From contig NC_045707.1 of assembly GCF_009834535.1 (NCBI RefSeq), forward strand, positions 50,594,001 through 50,658,000: 64,000 bases of DNA, written 5' to 3'. Below the pieces are notes generated by a model that searched no databases, was not told the DNA's origin, and worked only from the letters and a program-made list of their open reading frames with translations. The position numbers were made by a program, and so were the translations under genes. Of the stretch, positions 48,539-62,700 are shown in pieces. Every line of letters begins with the position of its first letter. Position 1 is the first letter of the stretch. This stretch comes from Camelus ferus. Taxonomy: Eukaryota.

Positions 48539-50499
48539 TTTAATCTTTCTGTCAATTCTTTATTTTAACTCTCTTAAATTTTCCCCCTTCCTTTTTATTG
48601 CTTCTGTCCCCATCTATACACTGAGCTCAAAAGCACCCCCCTCACTCTCTTGCTAGTCTTCTGCCCCTCTCCCTTGTGCTAAATGTACTGGAAACTCCGT
48701 ATCTGGTGCCACTCCCTTGCTCAAGAACCTACAGTGAATCTGCAGTGTTTCTCCCCTAAAGAATCAACTACTCTTTTGGGCTTTTGAGGACTAGTTTAAT
48801 CTGTGTCTACTTACCTCCAGTTATCTCCTAACCACAGCACTGGATTCCCCAGAAGCATCAATTTGCTTTTTCTTTTTTTTTTTTTTTTTTGCTTTTGCAA
48901 ATGCTACTTGGTCAGCCTAGAGTGTCCACATCTACACTACCATGTCTTTCTAATCAAGTTCTACACTACCATAGTTTTTCTTCTAATCAAGTTGCTATAT
49001 AATCTTTAAGAATTGTATCAATCCTACTTCCTTTCTTAGAGCCTTCTCTGATACTGAACTCTCCTCCAAACTCCTTAACAACCTTGCATCTAAATCCTTG
49101 ATAAACCACTAAGTTTTGCATTCCTACTACCTTTTACTACCACTATTACAGGTTTGCGTTTTTAAACAAGTATCTTTGGCTAAATTGTTAATTCCTTGAT
49201 GATACAGAATATCATCATTCACTTAAAGGGTGTTTTCAAACATATGATGAGAGATGTCTCTTTCCCAGCAAAATCGCTTCCTGTTCCCCTCCTGCTGATC
49301 TCCCTTTGGCCACGTCTAGAAAGCAAAGCAAGATTAAAAAGCAAAGCACCTGTTTTTTATTTTATAATTATCTACCCAGTAAAATCTAAAGCACCAGCCA
49401 GCATCCTCTCCTTACTAAGTGAAGTAAATAAATTCCAATATGTGGCAGTACTAAAAATGCAAAGCGTAAGCTTCAGTGTTTGGTGCAGTTACCCCGCATA
49501 TCTTAAAAGAAGTTAAAAATATCAGCTTCCTATATAGCACCATTTTGAGCAATACTAGTTGTTACTGTTAATTACTTATCTATTTGCACCCTAAAATTAT
49601 TCACTCAGAGCAATGGCATTAATGATATACTGCTGTAATTTTAAGAAATGAAAGCAGCCTGCTAACTCTTTGATTATTCTCTCTTTTCCTTTTAAGTCAA
49701 TGCTCACTCATTCAGCATTTATTAAAAACCTACTTTGAATCAAGCCCTTCATGGGGTGAAGCAATAAAGATGAAAGAAAGATAATAAACATGGGTCCTCT
49801 GCCAGAGGAGCTCACATATTTATTGTTTTTGCTATATTCCTCCTTACTTTCATTTAATTTCATAATATAATAGCTTCCCGAATATAAGCAGCTATTTCTC
49901 TGAATGATAACTACAAATGTACAGCAGAGTCTAATAGAAGTCACTATTTTACTCAAAAGAGTAATGTTCCACTCTTCAGTCATAAGCTTAGTTGTTCATT
50001 CAAATTCTGTATATTCATTTGTTTATTCCATTCATTCCTTTATTCACTCATTCAGTTACTAAGCAGTTATGAGTTAACTGCTGTAGTTGGCCTCTGGGCA
50101 TAAGCCAGCCATCTCAGCCTTCAAGGTGATGTCAGACTACTGATTTAGTATACATGCTGGTGCTCCAGTAGAGTGCTATGGATATGAAATGAGAAGGGAG
50201 GGGTTGTTGGGATGAGATGGAAACCTTTCACAGAGGAATGGATGACGTGAACTGATATCGAAGGAATAAAAGTTCATAAAATAGTTAAGTAAGGAAGGGT
50301 AGTCTTGTTCAAGTAAACTGTATTCACAGAGGCAGGAAGGCTGAGAAAACAATTTCGAGGGACTGGGAGGTAAAGTATATCAAAGAGCCTACTGCAGTTT
50401 TGTTGGGCATAAAAATATGTCCAATTAAAACATGACATTTCCTGGTTTTCCTTTCAAATGAGGATGAAGAATGACAGTATAGTCCAGGCCTGGTTAATG

Positions 50500-50800
50500 A
50501 GTTAAAAGGGGCCCTTGTCAAGTGAGGCTCCAGGCAAACACCTTAAAAGCAAAGTAGGCTCAGCTAGGATGGGCCTTTTGCTCTTTTCCCTTCCTGGAAT
50601 GTAAACTTGATGCCCAGAGGAAGGATAATGCCCTGTGACCACAAGGCAGAGCAGAAAGATGCCAGAAGACTACAGTCCTGAGACAAGAGAGAACAGCTCT
50701 ATTGACCCTGCACAGTCTCTTGCAGGCTTGTCATCACTAGAGGGGAAGTTCCTTACGTAGTTAAGCCACTGGTTTTGAGATTTGTGTTTGGGCAGACCAA
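50500..50800 (+). mobile_element. Old MLT1 LTR fragment
   Basis: 'ttcccttcctggaatgtaaacttgatgcc...tgtgaccacaagg...gttaagccactg'. Confidence 0.55.
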
Positions 50801-50874
50801 TGGAGGGAATCTGAACAGACTAGATGAAGCCGACCATAAGGAGCCCTGCACAACCACAGAGTTTGAACGGTGTT

Positions 50875-51030
50875 TGGCAGAGGTTCTGAAACTCCAGTCT
50901 GTCTGGGAATCACTGGAAGTACCTGTTAAACACACATTTCTGAGCCACACCTGCACAGGTTCAGATTCTGACTCCAGCAGTCAGGGTGTCTCATAGGAGT
51001 TTCAACTTCACTTTATGATGCTGGTTCTAA
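50875..51030. mobile_element. MER5-like hAT-Charlie element
   Basis: 'ggttctgaaact...gaatcactggaag...tgttaaacacacatttctgagccacacc...gattctgactc...tgatgctggt'. Confidence 0.65.
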
Positions 51031-51289
51031 GATTATATTTAAACAAGCAAACCAAACCCCACAAATGACAAAAAAGAAATTCTCTTGCAACTGTGGATGT
51101 GAAGCAACTGATGCATCTGCTGTGGTAGGTGAGGCAGGCAGTCTTTTTGCTTCTCTTTCTCTTCTTTCCCATTCTCCTACCACATGCAGGGAGACAAAAC
51201 CACCACCCACAGTTTTTAAAATCCAAATCTATGACATCTATGTTGGTGCATAAGACTAATGAAGAAAATATTTTATATTTCATTTAGCA

Positions 51290-51475
51290 ACCCTGAAATA
51301 GTGCTTATCACACTACAAACACTGTTCTAAGAACTTCACAAGTATTAATTCATTCAATTTTTATAAGAATTGTATGTACTAGGAAATACTATCATCCCAA
51401 TCATAGATGTAGAAACTGAGGCACAGAGATGTTAAGTAACTAGGTCATACAGCTATTAAGTAGCTATGCTGCAAC
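51290..51475 (-). mobile_element. MIR SINE
   Basis: 'cactgttctaag...tagatgtagaaactgaggcacagagatgttaagtaac...ggtcatacagcta'. Confidence 0.85.
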
Positions 51476-53989
51476 ACTAATCCTTGGCCACTACAGATTT
51501 ATTATTTGCAGTTTCAACTACTTATCAGTGACCAAAACAATTCCATGATTTATTCAACTATAGTTGAAAATAAAACCACTACCACCATATGGCTCTTCTG
51601 AGACATAAACATCTGGAGAAACAAAGATCTTGTAATTAAAGCAACTAGCATAAATTTGTATATCATGGGCTGTGATGTTGATTTTGATAAGCAAGTTACT
51701 TTGCTAGTCTAGCTGATCCTCAAACATCTGTTTCTCAGCTTCTTAATTTCTGAGTTTCATGAATTTGAGAATACTCAAAGATCTGGAGCTGTAACCAAAG
51801 TAAATATTATGGGCTTACAGTAGTATTTCCCCAAATATTTTTTTCCTTAAACATTTGTTCCACAAGATGTTCAATTTTAAAAAGCCCTCTTATTTAAATA
51901 CATTTAGGAAACATTAGGCCATACAAAGTCTTTACTGCAGGATTTATCGAAACCTTAATATAGAAAAGCCCATTGTTAAATCTGCAAGAGAAATAATATG
52001 GAATATTCCCCCAAACTTTGACCAAGGAGTTTTCTTCTTCTGAATTTTTAGTGGTAGCGTTGTTCCACAGAACACAGCTCTGGAAATGATTTCTTACTAT
52101 GTATTCAAATTTTAAAATTTTACTATGTTCAACGTGAAGTAATATTTTTTGGCAGAACTATTTATAAAAGATTTTTTGCAAGCTGCAGGTTTGTGTAGCC
52201 ATGTAGATCATAAAGTAGAGGAGGGACAAAATGAGAGACGGAATAAAAAACTGATAAATGTAGCTCTCTCCTTACCAACACAAGAAAAACAGGTTTAGAA
52301 ATAATTTCTAAATGTTTATATTAGTTTTCTAATTTCTTATGATTTTTATTTTAGTATTTTGCTCTGAATGTTTTCTATTCCTGCCTTTGAAGAGTTCTTC
52401 CCTTTTCCCTTTGAGCTCTGCATGATCCAGTGTTTTTGTGTATTTCCCTGCTTGTTTTTCTTCTCCTGATCATAAAGTTGTAACTATAAAGCATATAAAT
52501 GGAAGGTTCCTCACCTTCCTCCCGCCAGTTGACATCTTTTTTCATAATCAGAAGTAAGTGGGAGAAGCAATCTTTATGTATGCAGGATAAAAATCAAACC
52601 ACGTTTTTCTTAATGAGCTAAGTAAATGGAGAAATGATTGTTATGGGGAAAATGGATAGTAAATAGTAAATAAATATGCCTGAGCTTCTCTGCTAAGGAA
52701 AATGCTCTCGTTAATGTTGGTGCTTTACTATTTTGGTTTTATCAAACATGAAACACAATTTTAATAACTTGATTCTGTGAACTCAAGTCTTTGGAAGGAC
52801 TGCTGGATTTAAGACATGCAATAAAACATTCATTTTGGATATTTTTCAATTAAATATTTCAGTATTTAAAAAAATTGTTTAAGGGTTATAAAGGACTGAT
52901 TAAGTCAACCAATTCAGTCTGATCATGGGTGGACTTGTTTATTACCAAATCACTTATTTCTCACACAGTCTGGTTAAAAACATTTTTAATTGAATTCAGG
53001 TGTTCTCTTCTCTTTGGGGAACATGCGTTTTCCAGGGAATGAATATTTTGGAGTATTATTCTGATGTTGCTTAATCTTTCCTGTGTGTGAGTGTGAGTGT
53101 GTGTGTGTGTCTCTTTTTATAATTCTATTTTCATTATTAGTAGTAGGTCATTTTTTAATATGTGAGATTTATGTTCATTTTATTTTTTTAAGAAAGGAGA
53201 TGGCTACATATTATTAATATTAATTACTACTGTTATTCATTCATTTCCAAATGTATTATGTAAAGAGTTTACAAAGATGAATTAAAGGCACTCCAATTTA
53301 CCCATAGAAATGTTCTATCATTTGCATACATAAGCAGTAACAGAATTACAAATCCTATCAATAAAATAAGGCGTCCTCTAATAAAGCCGAGTGCTGCTCA
53401 CTTCTCCAATCCCCTTGAACAGAAATTCCCAATCCTCTGTTTTTTGTGATAGAATAAAGATTAAGTGAAATCTGGATATTGGCATATTCTTCATGTCTTC
53501 TGTCCTATTTCTGCCTCATATCTTTGTATAGATATTGCCAAGTTATGGTTTCCTAACAAAAAACAGTAATCTCATACAAATAGTTAATCAATCTACTGAA
53601 GTTTTTCAGTGTCCTGTTGGAAACATATCCATAGCCAACTTGCTTAGTAACAGCATAATGCTAAAAGACTAACTTCTACGATCCCAAACAAAGATCACAA
53701 TCACATGAAACACCACATGAAATATCTGCTCTGTACTTGCCACGACATAATCGTTAATTGCCAGTCCAGGCTAATTTTTAATTGAGACTTGTTAGCTACC
53801 TTTTTGCTTGACCTTAGCTTGGATTTCTAATCAGAGAGCCAATTGCCTCATAAATCCACACCCATAGAAATATAGGGCAAATCATTTTTTTTAACCTGGA
53901 TTTTTTAAAATGTTAGATTCTTAATCTGGACTTTCATCTTAAATCTGTATGATTGATTATTATTATCACAGTTCTTGATGCCTAGGATT

Positions 53990-54360
53990 GGGCCTTTCAA
54001 TACAATGGACACTAGGCATATGTAGCTACTGGGCACTCAAAATGTAGTTAAGTACAAAGTAAGATGTCCTGTAAGTGTAAAATATATACTAGCTTTAGAA
54101 GACTTAATACAAAAAAAAGTAAAATATCTTATTAACTTTTTATTTGATTAAATATTGATGTAGTAATACATTGAATATATTGGGTCATAAATAAAATATA
54201 CTATTAAGATAAATTACTGTCATCTGGAATTTTTTCCTACTGTTTTAATAAAGGTACTAAAAATTTTTGAAGTACTTATGTAGCTTGTATTGTGGCTCAC
54301 GTTACATTTTTCTGATACATTTCATTTCCAAATTTAAAACTGTGTATTTCAACAGCACTG
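53990..54360. mobile_element. MER33 (hAT-Charlie)
   Basis: 'cactaggcatatgtagctactgggcactcaaaatgtag...gtaagtgtaaaatata...gtaaaatatcttattaac...gtggctcac...acagcactg'. Confidence 0.8.
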
Positions 54361-54819
54361 TTCTAGAATAGTGCTTTGTTTATAAAATATTTTAAATAGT
54401 ACTATTAATCAATAATTTTCAAGAGGCTGAAAAGTGTTGAATGGTAACTTTAAAGAGACAATAAAAACTAAGGATTTTAAGTTACATTAGGTTAAAAGCC
54501 TTTCATTTCTAATGAAGTCACCAATTAATTTTGGATAGATGCATATTAAGAAAACATTTTTTGTTCAACTATAATCTCTATTTGCTTACAAAATAAGTAC
54601 AAATTTTCCCCCAACTAGAATATATAAGTATCAAGGCACATCATTGTATATATATCCAAATCCCTCAAATTACTGGAGTATCTGTTGCTATAAAGAAATC
54701 TTCAAAGAGAAACATCAACCAATATTAAACTACTTTGAAATAAATCAAATAAAGAATATATATATATATGTATATATACCAACCAAACCGCAAGGGATGC
54801 TGTCACTTGCTACATGACA

Positions 54820-55248
54820 TATTTCCATTTGCAACAACATGAATGGACCTAGAGATTATCATACTAAGTGAAGTAAGTCAGAAAGAGAAAGAAAAATACT
54901 ACATGGTATCATTTATATGTGGAATCTAAAAACAAAATGACATGAACTTATAGAAACTGACTCACAGACCTAGAGAACAAGCTTACAGTTACTGGGTGGA
55001 AAGTGGGGTGGAGGGATAAATTAGGAGTTCAGAATTTTCTGATACTAACTATTATATATAAAATAAAACAGCAAGGTCCTACTGTATAGCACAGGGAACT
55101 GTAGTCAATACCTTGTAACAGCCTGTAATGAAAAAGAATATGAAAAGGTGTATTTATATCTATATATCTGAACCACTATGCTATACACCAGAAAACTAAC
55201 ACATTGTAAATCGACTATACTTCAATAAAGGAAAGAAACAAACAAACA
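54820..55248 (+). mobile_element. Lineage-specific L1 3' end
   Basis: 'ccatttgcaacaacatgaatggacctagagattatcatactaagtgaagtaagtcag...ctactgtatagcacagggaact...ctatacttcaataaa' plus A-rich tail. Confidence 0.92.
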
Positions 55249-57261
55249 AGTAACTTTTAAAAGTAGTGAACTGAGACACTTGATATAAAGTTCAATTAAT
55301 GTAACAGCTTCTAACAACCAAATACACATAAGGATGAAGATGATTACTCACAGAAATGGAAAGATGATGATAAAGTGAAGGATATAAAGCAGGATTACAA
55401 ACTGATGCCATTTATGAATGTGCTCAGAAAAATAGAAGCAACCTGAAGTTGTAGCAGTATTGCAATCATTAACAATGGCTATCTCTGAGTAGTAGAATTA
55501 TGGTTCAAGCAGTTTTTGTTTGTTTGATTTTGCTTTGGATATTCCTTTTTGTTGTTTATCTGTATTTTCTAATTTTTCAAACGCATATGTATAATAAATA
55601 TGTGATTTTTAAAAAGTAAGGTGAATTGTAATAGGCCTTACAAGAAAAAAAGAAGTAGGAGATTGTGGAGGGTGGTCCTCAGCAGGACAATGAGAGGAGA
55701 GCCAGACATTGGTGAAAGGGACCTGGGTAAAAAAATGTTGTCATGGCAGCCAGCACATCCCCTGAAATCTGGAGCCAGGTAGTCCTGTGTTCAAGTACAA
55801 GCTGTAAACTATGTTCACAGATAAGATTCTTAACATCTCCAAGGCTGACTGATCATAAAACTTACCTTGAAGGCATGTTGTAAAAATTACATGACATGGT
55901 TATGAAAAGCAAGTCGTATCACAATCCTCCTAGAGTTGATGGCAAACAAATGATGAGTAGGCTTTATAACCTCTGTGAGGTGAATCCTTCACACTTCATC
56001 AAGGCCAGCGCCTTTCTGCATTTAGTCTGAAGTTCCTGCCGCCCTACGTAGCCTGGGGGAAGGGGCAATGAACAAACCAAGAGAATACACCCTTCTCCCT
56101 CAGTTGCCCATCCAAATCCAAAACTGCAGCCAAGTGTTGGAGAATAATCCCTACTTCTTACTATCTGTTTACATAACCCATTTCCCCATTTATGTTAGGT
56201 AACAACTCATCCAGCTAGTGAATAAATGTTGCTTTTATGTCTGCCACTTTTACCGTGGGCCAGAAATAAACTGACAGAATCAACGGGCACACTGACATCC
56301 CGGATCCAAATGGAAGCGGGCATCTTAACAGACAGAGAACAAAAACTGAGGGTGTTCAAAATATTTTAGCTGTTTCTGAATGAGAAGTATTGAGGAGAAG
56401 GTAGGCCATTTGCCCCTGAATTCCTTCTCAAATCTGAAGATTAACGATTCTGAGTTTTACTTTGGTACATGATTAAGATTTTTAGACTGTATAATCATAG
56501 ATTTTAATTCATTAATTACACATATGCTTAAGATACTTTATGCGTGTTATCACTTTTTGGTGCTTTTCTCTTTCACAATGTGGTGTGCCTTCATGAGTTT
56601 CCTTTTTATGCGCTTTCATAGCTGACCAACTCCCATCTGAGTGACTGGTAATTTTTTTAATAGATTAAATCTGATTATTGTCAAATTTTGCAAGTCTAGA
56701 AACCATTTTTCCTCTTTAAAATATCATATCCTCCCAATGCTGATGTGGCTCTAAATGTTTGATTCTGAACAAGCAATCTCATTTCCCTTATTTCCAAGTG
56801 CTTAAGGGGCTGAACCTGTAATACAGATAACTGGTAAATTATTGATGAACAATTTATAGTCAGATGCTTACCTGCTGTGTGGTTGACTTTTAAGTTCAGA
56901 TGCAAAGATGATATTTATTTAATTTAAATGTTGTTCGTTTTTATAAACTAAGTTATATCTTCTTCCTTAGATGTGAATTTCTAAGCAACAGAAATTAATG
57001 TATTTAACTTGTTCACATTTGACATCTGGAGCCTTAAACTTTATTTTTGAAGTACAAAACTATCACTTTAGAACCAGGGCAGAAAGGAGAGTTTAATTTA
57101 GTAGCCAAATGCCAAAACATTATGTAAAAGTCATACTAGAAATAGAGGGTCTTCTTGCCTTTCAGCAGCTAGTAGACAGAGTGCCATCCTGAAGAAACCT
57201 TGGCAGATTTTTATGCCAAGTCTACAACTAAGAAGGAAGAAATAATAAATACTGCCCCAGC

Positions 57262-57317
57262 TCACACACACACACATGCACACACGTACACACACAAAAT
57301 ACACACATATACAGACA
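57262..57317. repeat. Imperfect (CA)n microsatellite
   Basis: Directly visible. Confidence 0.8.
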
Positions 57318-57846
57318 TTCCCCATACTGCCTCTGTCTTCTAAATGATTCAAATTTTCAAAAGGAAATGAGATGATATAAATCATGGATGTAAAGGGATA
57401 GAGCACATTTTCTTCAAAGATACTAAGAAAAGATCTGGTAACAACCGATTTAATTATCTAAACTCATAAAAGGACATAATTTTAAATGCAGTTAAATTAG
57501 CGAGCGCTAGAGCAACCCAGTCCAAAGAGCCAGCCCTCTAACTTGATTTAGGAAAGGAATGACCGTATCTTTTCTTTCTGATCCCTCCCCTGTCAGGACA
57601 CTCTGAAGTCCTTAGCACTTATCGTCATTGGTACACACAAGCCCTCTCTCACTGCATATTATTTTATGTTCCCCCTTCTTTTCTAATCTGAGTACTTTTC
57701 CCTTCCTTCTTATTGACTTCACCCCATTGTGTCTGCTATATGGCCTTGGAGATATAAGTACTATTGAAAAATACACAGGCTGTGAAAGTTTTTATGTCAC
57801 AGATCTTCTCTCTCCTTCCTTAATCAACACTGTGTCTTTACTCATA

Positions 57847-58362
57847 TGTGGCAGATTAAATACAGCTGCAAATCCTTGGACATTCCTCCTGTCCTTACTT
57901 TGAATCTGGTGAGCTCTGTGAATGCTTTGGCTAATAGCCTATGGCAGAATTGACATTGTGTTAGTTTCAGAGCTAAGGCCTTAAGAAACTGACAACTTCT
58001 ACTTCCTGCCCCTTAGAATGTCCTCTTTGGGAGCCCTGAGATACCAAGCCCCACCTATCCTGAGCCCACCATGCTGGAGAAGCCACATGTAGGCACTCCG
58101 CTGACAGTCCCAGTTGAGCCCAGTCTTCCAGGCATACCTACTAGGCATCAGACACCAGGCATGTGAGTGAAGTGGGCTACAAACCAGCCCTTCTCCTACT
58201 CACTACCCGTTGGTCAATCCAGTTAATGCCATGCAAAGCTGAAGAATCAACCAGTTGAGTCCTGCCTAAATTCCTAACCTACAAAATTGTGAGATAATAA
58301 GTGGTTGTTTTAAGTCACTACGTTTGAGGTAGTTTGTTAATTAGCAATAGATAACAATAACA
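57847..58362 (+). mobile_element. MLT1G/H-type solo LTR, full length
   Basis: Starts 'tgtggcagattaaatacagctgcaaatcc', ends 'ttgttttaagtcactacgtttgaggtagtttgttaattagcaatagataacaataaca'. Confidence 0.88.
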
Positions 58363-58429
58363 TTGTGCAAGTACTACTACTTTATGATTTCTGGCTGCTG
58401 TGAAATGTAGTTTTCTATGTATACTTATA

Positions 58430-59480
58430 CCCATGAGTTCTTTTTAATTTGCATCAATATATAATATTGTATTATAGATCTAGTTTTTTAAAAAATTCTA
58501 CTCTCTTTTTAAGATTTATCCATGTTACTCTTTGAAAATCTAGTTCTTTGCTTCCAAGTGTTAAAATTGTAGGCAGCATATATGCTGCCATCTCTTTAGA
58601 GCTACAAACAATACTGTAATACATAACCTTATACATGCTTTTCTGTCAACCAACGTGATAATTTCTCTGGGATATATTCCAAGAAGTAGGACTGCCAGAT
58701 GACAAGGTGTATTCACATTTACTCTCACTTAATACTGCTACATAGCTCTCCATAGTGATACCATACATTTACACTTAGCATATGTACTGATATAACAACC
58801 CTTTCCTGCCTTCCACTGGATAGATCAACTTTTCTTCTGCTCATTTCAATGTTATATATTACTTTGTTTTCTACGGGTAATTAACATAATATTAGTCAGG
58901 ATTCAGTTACAAAGAACAAAATCCTCTTTAGCTAGTTTTAGTGGGGAAGCATTAATTACAGAGTTTTAAATAGTTTATAGACTCATTACAAGAGCTGAAG
59001 AAACACACTCTAGGTTAAGTTTTAGAAACAATTCAGGGAAATTTTCAGTCACTATTTTTTCAAATATTTATTCCCTTCTATTTACACTTTTTTCTTCTTC
59101 TGTGATTCCTGCTATGCAAGTATGGATTTCTCTTACCTCTTGAGTTTTCTGTTTTCCATTTCTATCATTTCTAAATGCCATTTGGATAGTTTCTTCCATC
59201 TGTTTTTGCACCCTGCCTATACATTTATTTTCAACTATATACTTTTAATATACATCCTACCTATGAAATTCTTTCACCTATCATGTTTTTTCAAAACTGT
59301 AATTTCCAATTGGTCCTTTTTTATCAATGCTTGTTCTCTACTTCATATCACCAGTGTCTGCCCTTACTCCTTTGAGGAAATCAAGCTTATTTTAAACCCC
59401 GTGCTCTCTGATCTATTCATTGTTTTTCTTCTGGCATAAGCTCTTCAATTTGTTGTTTTTCTTTTCTGCTGCATATCGCA
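58430..59480 (-). mobile_element. Ancient L1 (L1ME-like) fragments with an intervening LTR-like piece (about 58890-59030)
   Basis: 'ttttaagatttatccatgtt', 'atttctctgggatatattccaagaagtaggactgc', 'gggaaattttcagtcactatttttttcaaatatt'. Confidence 0.6.
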
Positions 59481-59542
59481 AATTCTCCTTATTCTTTCCT
59501 GTGTGCTTGTATTTCCCTAGTGATAGGAAGTTACAATAGCAA

Positions 59543-59790
59543 GTGTGGTACGCAGTCTATAAGACAACTGCTAGTGATCCCTGCCTCCACTACTCTTACT
59601 TGAGTCATCGTCCCCTCTTGAGTGTGGGCTGGGCCTAGCAACTTGATTCTAATGAGAATATGGCATAGGATATCGTTCTTAAAATTAGATTAGAAAAAGA
59701 CTCTGGGTTCTAACCTCTCTTGCACTCTCCTTTCTTACTCTGATGAAAATAACCTGTCAAGTGCTAAGCTACCCTATGGAGAGGCCTCCT
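59543..59790 (+). mobile_element. MLT1E/F-type LTR 5' fragment
   Basis: 'tgtggt...tgatccctgcctcc...cccctcttgagtgtgggctgggcctagcaacttgattctaa...ccctatggagaggcc'. Confidence 0.75.
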
Positions 59791-62700
59791 CTACCAAGGT
59801 GCCTTTCTCTTTAGGGAGCCAGCTGTCAGCATTTCTGCCAAGAATGCTTTCTTCCCCACCCCGTTTCTTCAGATGCAATCATGTAGCCCTGGAGTGTGGA
59901 GGGAAAGAGGGAGCAGGAAACACTCAAGCCCTTGTTATTCATCCCTATCTCTGACTCTTGTGTCTTCCCTACTCACGTGGCAGTCAGGCAGACACTGAAC
60001 CACCCAAGGTAATTTATTTTTGTTCTTACATTGGAATGAAAGTTTGGCCTGTGTATAGCATCTAAGTAATTTTCCTTTAGCATCTCAGAGACATTGTTTG
60101 CTAGCAACCTACTTCACAGCCAAAGAATGTCATTTTAGTTCTCCCTCCGTCTAAATCTCATTTTTCCTTCAGAATCATAGGGATATGTTTGCTATAACTT
60201 TTATTGTTTGTTTTCCTATATCTTCTCTATTTTTTCCTCCATAAGCTCTAATAGAAGAGAAACTGGCTGTTCTGGGTTTTTCTTCATGCCTCTTAAACCA
60301 TATAGATGATATTATGTCAGAAATATTACTTATATGAAAGTCATAAGGAATTGCTATAATCTGCACGAAAATATTTAGGCAGGAACCAGCAAAGTTTAAA
60401 CTAAGTTTACAATTAAATCAAGAAATCACCCAAAAGAACTTCACCCAAAAGAATTAGTACATAATAATATATGTACAAATACTGAAGCCTTTTTTTGCAA
60501 TAGCAAAACATATGAATGTTTTCCAATACAAAAATGGTTGAAAGTTATCATAGCATATATATTCTATAGAACAGTATGCAACTATTTATAAAATTAATTA
60601 TATTTAGAATATTAACCAAATTATTTTTTCTTTAATACCTATGAATGTATTCAGTGATAACGTTATTACTTTTAATTGTTTTTATGGAATAACATGAAAG
60701 AAAGAAAAAATGGGAAGAAGGAAGGCAATAAAAGAGGAAGAACGTGGAAGAGAAAGATTACCTCACAACTTGTATCAGTCTTTGAATATCTGGTGCCCTT
60801 GTGTCCCTGTCGGAGGGACCTAGCATTTATAAGGTTTCAGACTATTTTCATAGAACTACCCAGCTGGAAAAAATAACCCCCTCCCAGATATTTATTAGCA
60901 ATCCCATTCTTATAATCTCCCTTAACAATATTATTTCCATAAATTAGCAATCTTTATTTTTTTAACAGCCAAGTCCAGGAATAAGGGCAAAAATTGTAAC
61001 ATTTAGGTTTTTGAGAAGTGAAGCTTAAAACAAGATTTAACTTTTATTAGATTCCCAAGTAGCTTCTTTTCTAGGACAACTTGCTAAAATAGCCAGGATT
61101 ATTATTTTTTAACATCCCAGTAATCCTTGTCAAATTGGGGCCTAAAATGAATCTAACAAAGGACAAATACGATTTAACTTCAGAATGCTAATTGTCGATA
61201 GGAACTAAGGAAGGAAGTTTCTCTTACAAAGCTTAAGAATGGAGTTTCAGGAACTCTTCAGTGAGTATTTTTAAGTTTGTAGAATCTTTTATAACAACTC
61301 AGTCATAGTTAACATTCTAATTTCAGAAGATAGAACAAGGAAAAATAATCAAGTCTAGGATTGTGCAAATGTAGGATGGACACTAAGAATTTGCTGGAGG
61401 GAGAGGGTCCTAACATGTTAGTAAAGTTAATCTATGGTGGGAAAATTAATTGGAACAGGAACATTCCACTCAAAAGAATGATCCCTGGGGAAACAATCCT
61501 CCTACTTGAAAATGAGTCTGGGTAAAGCTCTGGAAACCCTACCATCCACCCCGGAATTCAAATCCACAGCAATATTTATTTCATCAGTCGGATGCTTGGA
61601 CTAAATGGAATTCAAAAGATTGTTGAATTGTAGCCATACATCTAAACAAACAACTGGTACCTTGGCAGGAGGATATAAACATTAAAAAAAATTTACATCT
61701 ATCTTATTTGGGAGTTCCATCAAGACAAGAAGTTCTATTTACGTAACACCAAAAGCTCAGTAAGAATCCCTTGATAGTAACCGAGATTGTAATAGCTGAT
61801 ACACCCTTATTTCTACTTTTCTTGATTTTCAGCTGTGAGGGAAAAAAATTAAGATTATTTTTCTAGAATCCAATTTTCCTGAAGGCACAAACTGTTAGAA
61901 CTCAGAAGAAAAAACCTAATAAAAGTAAATTATTAAAACTAGGCCTCTATTCAGTCACATTGCAAGAGAAAAATCTTGGACATTGGAAGCACACCACTGG
62001 AAATCTAATATAAGAAAAGATGTCTCATTCAGCATAGAATTAACTGGGGCATAAGTGTCAGTTGATTGACTATCAAAACTGGTTTTATCCTAGGTCATTC
62101 ACAGTGTAGTATAACTAATTATCAGGAAAAATCTGCTCATTGCTGGACTTAAACCATCATTCTGAAGGGTAATGGTGGCATCCATGGTATTCTAGCCATG
62201 AAATATATCATAAAATACAGCAGAAAAGGCTGGTGCTAGATTTTGGGAAGGGACAAGTGAGGATCTCAGGTGACTGTAGGATGAGGTTTTAAAGAAATAA
62301 TTTTCCCCCACGGGAAAATGGGGAGGGGTGGTTAGAAGTTAATTTTATAGGTCCCATCAAAAAGAGTGGTATCTTAATAAGGCTTTTTCCAGGGAGTGGA
62401 AAGAGCAACATGAAATTATTTTCCTCATAAGGAGAAGAACAGAGTAATCCAGGAGCCCAGAGCATCCTTGGCCTATACAGAGGAACCAGGGACTGATGGG
62501 AGAAAAAGAAGATAGATGCCTTATTTTAACAAAACTCTGGCATTTTCAGGAGATTTGATCTGTTTTGTGGATAAGAACCGAGCCTTCATCAATTTCCACC
62601 TGAACCACATAACAAGCTAAGGTAAGCAAGGAATCCTTCTTACAAGAGGATTCGCCTATTATTTTGTCTGAAATGTAAGTGAATCCAAGTAGCTATAATC

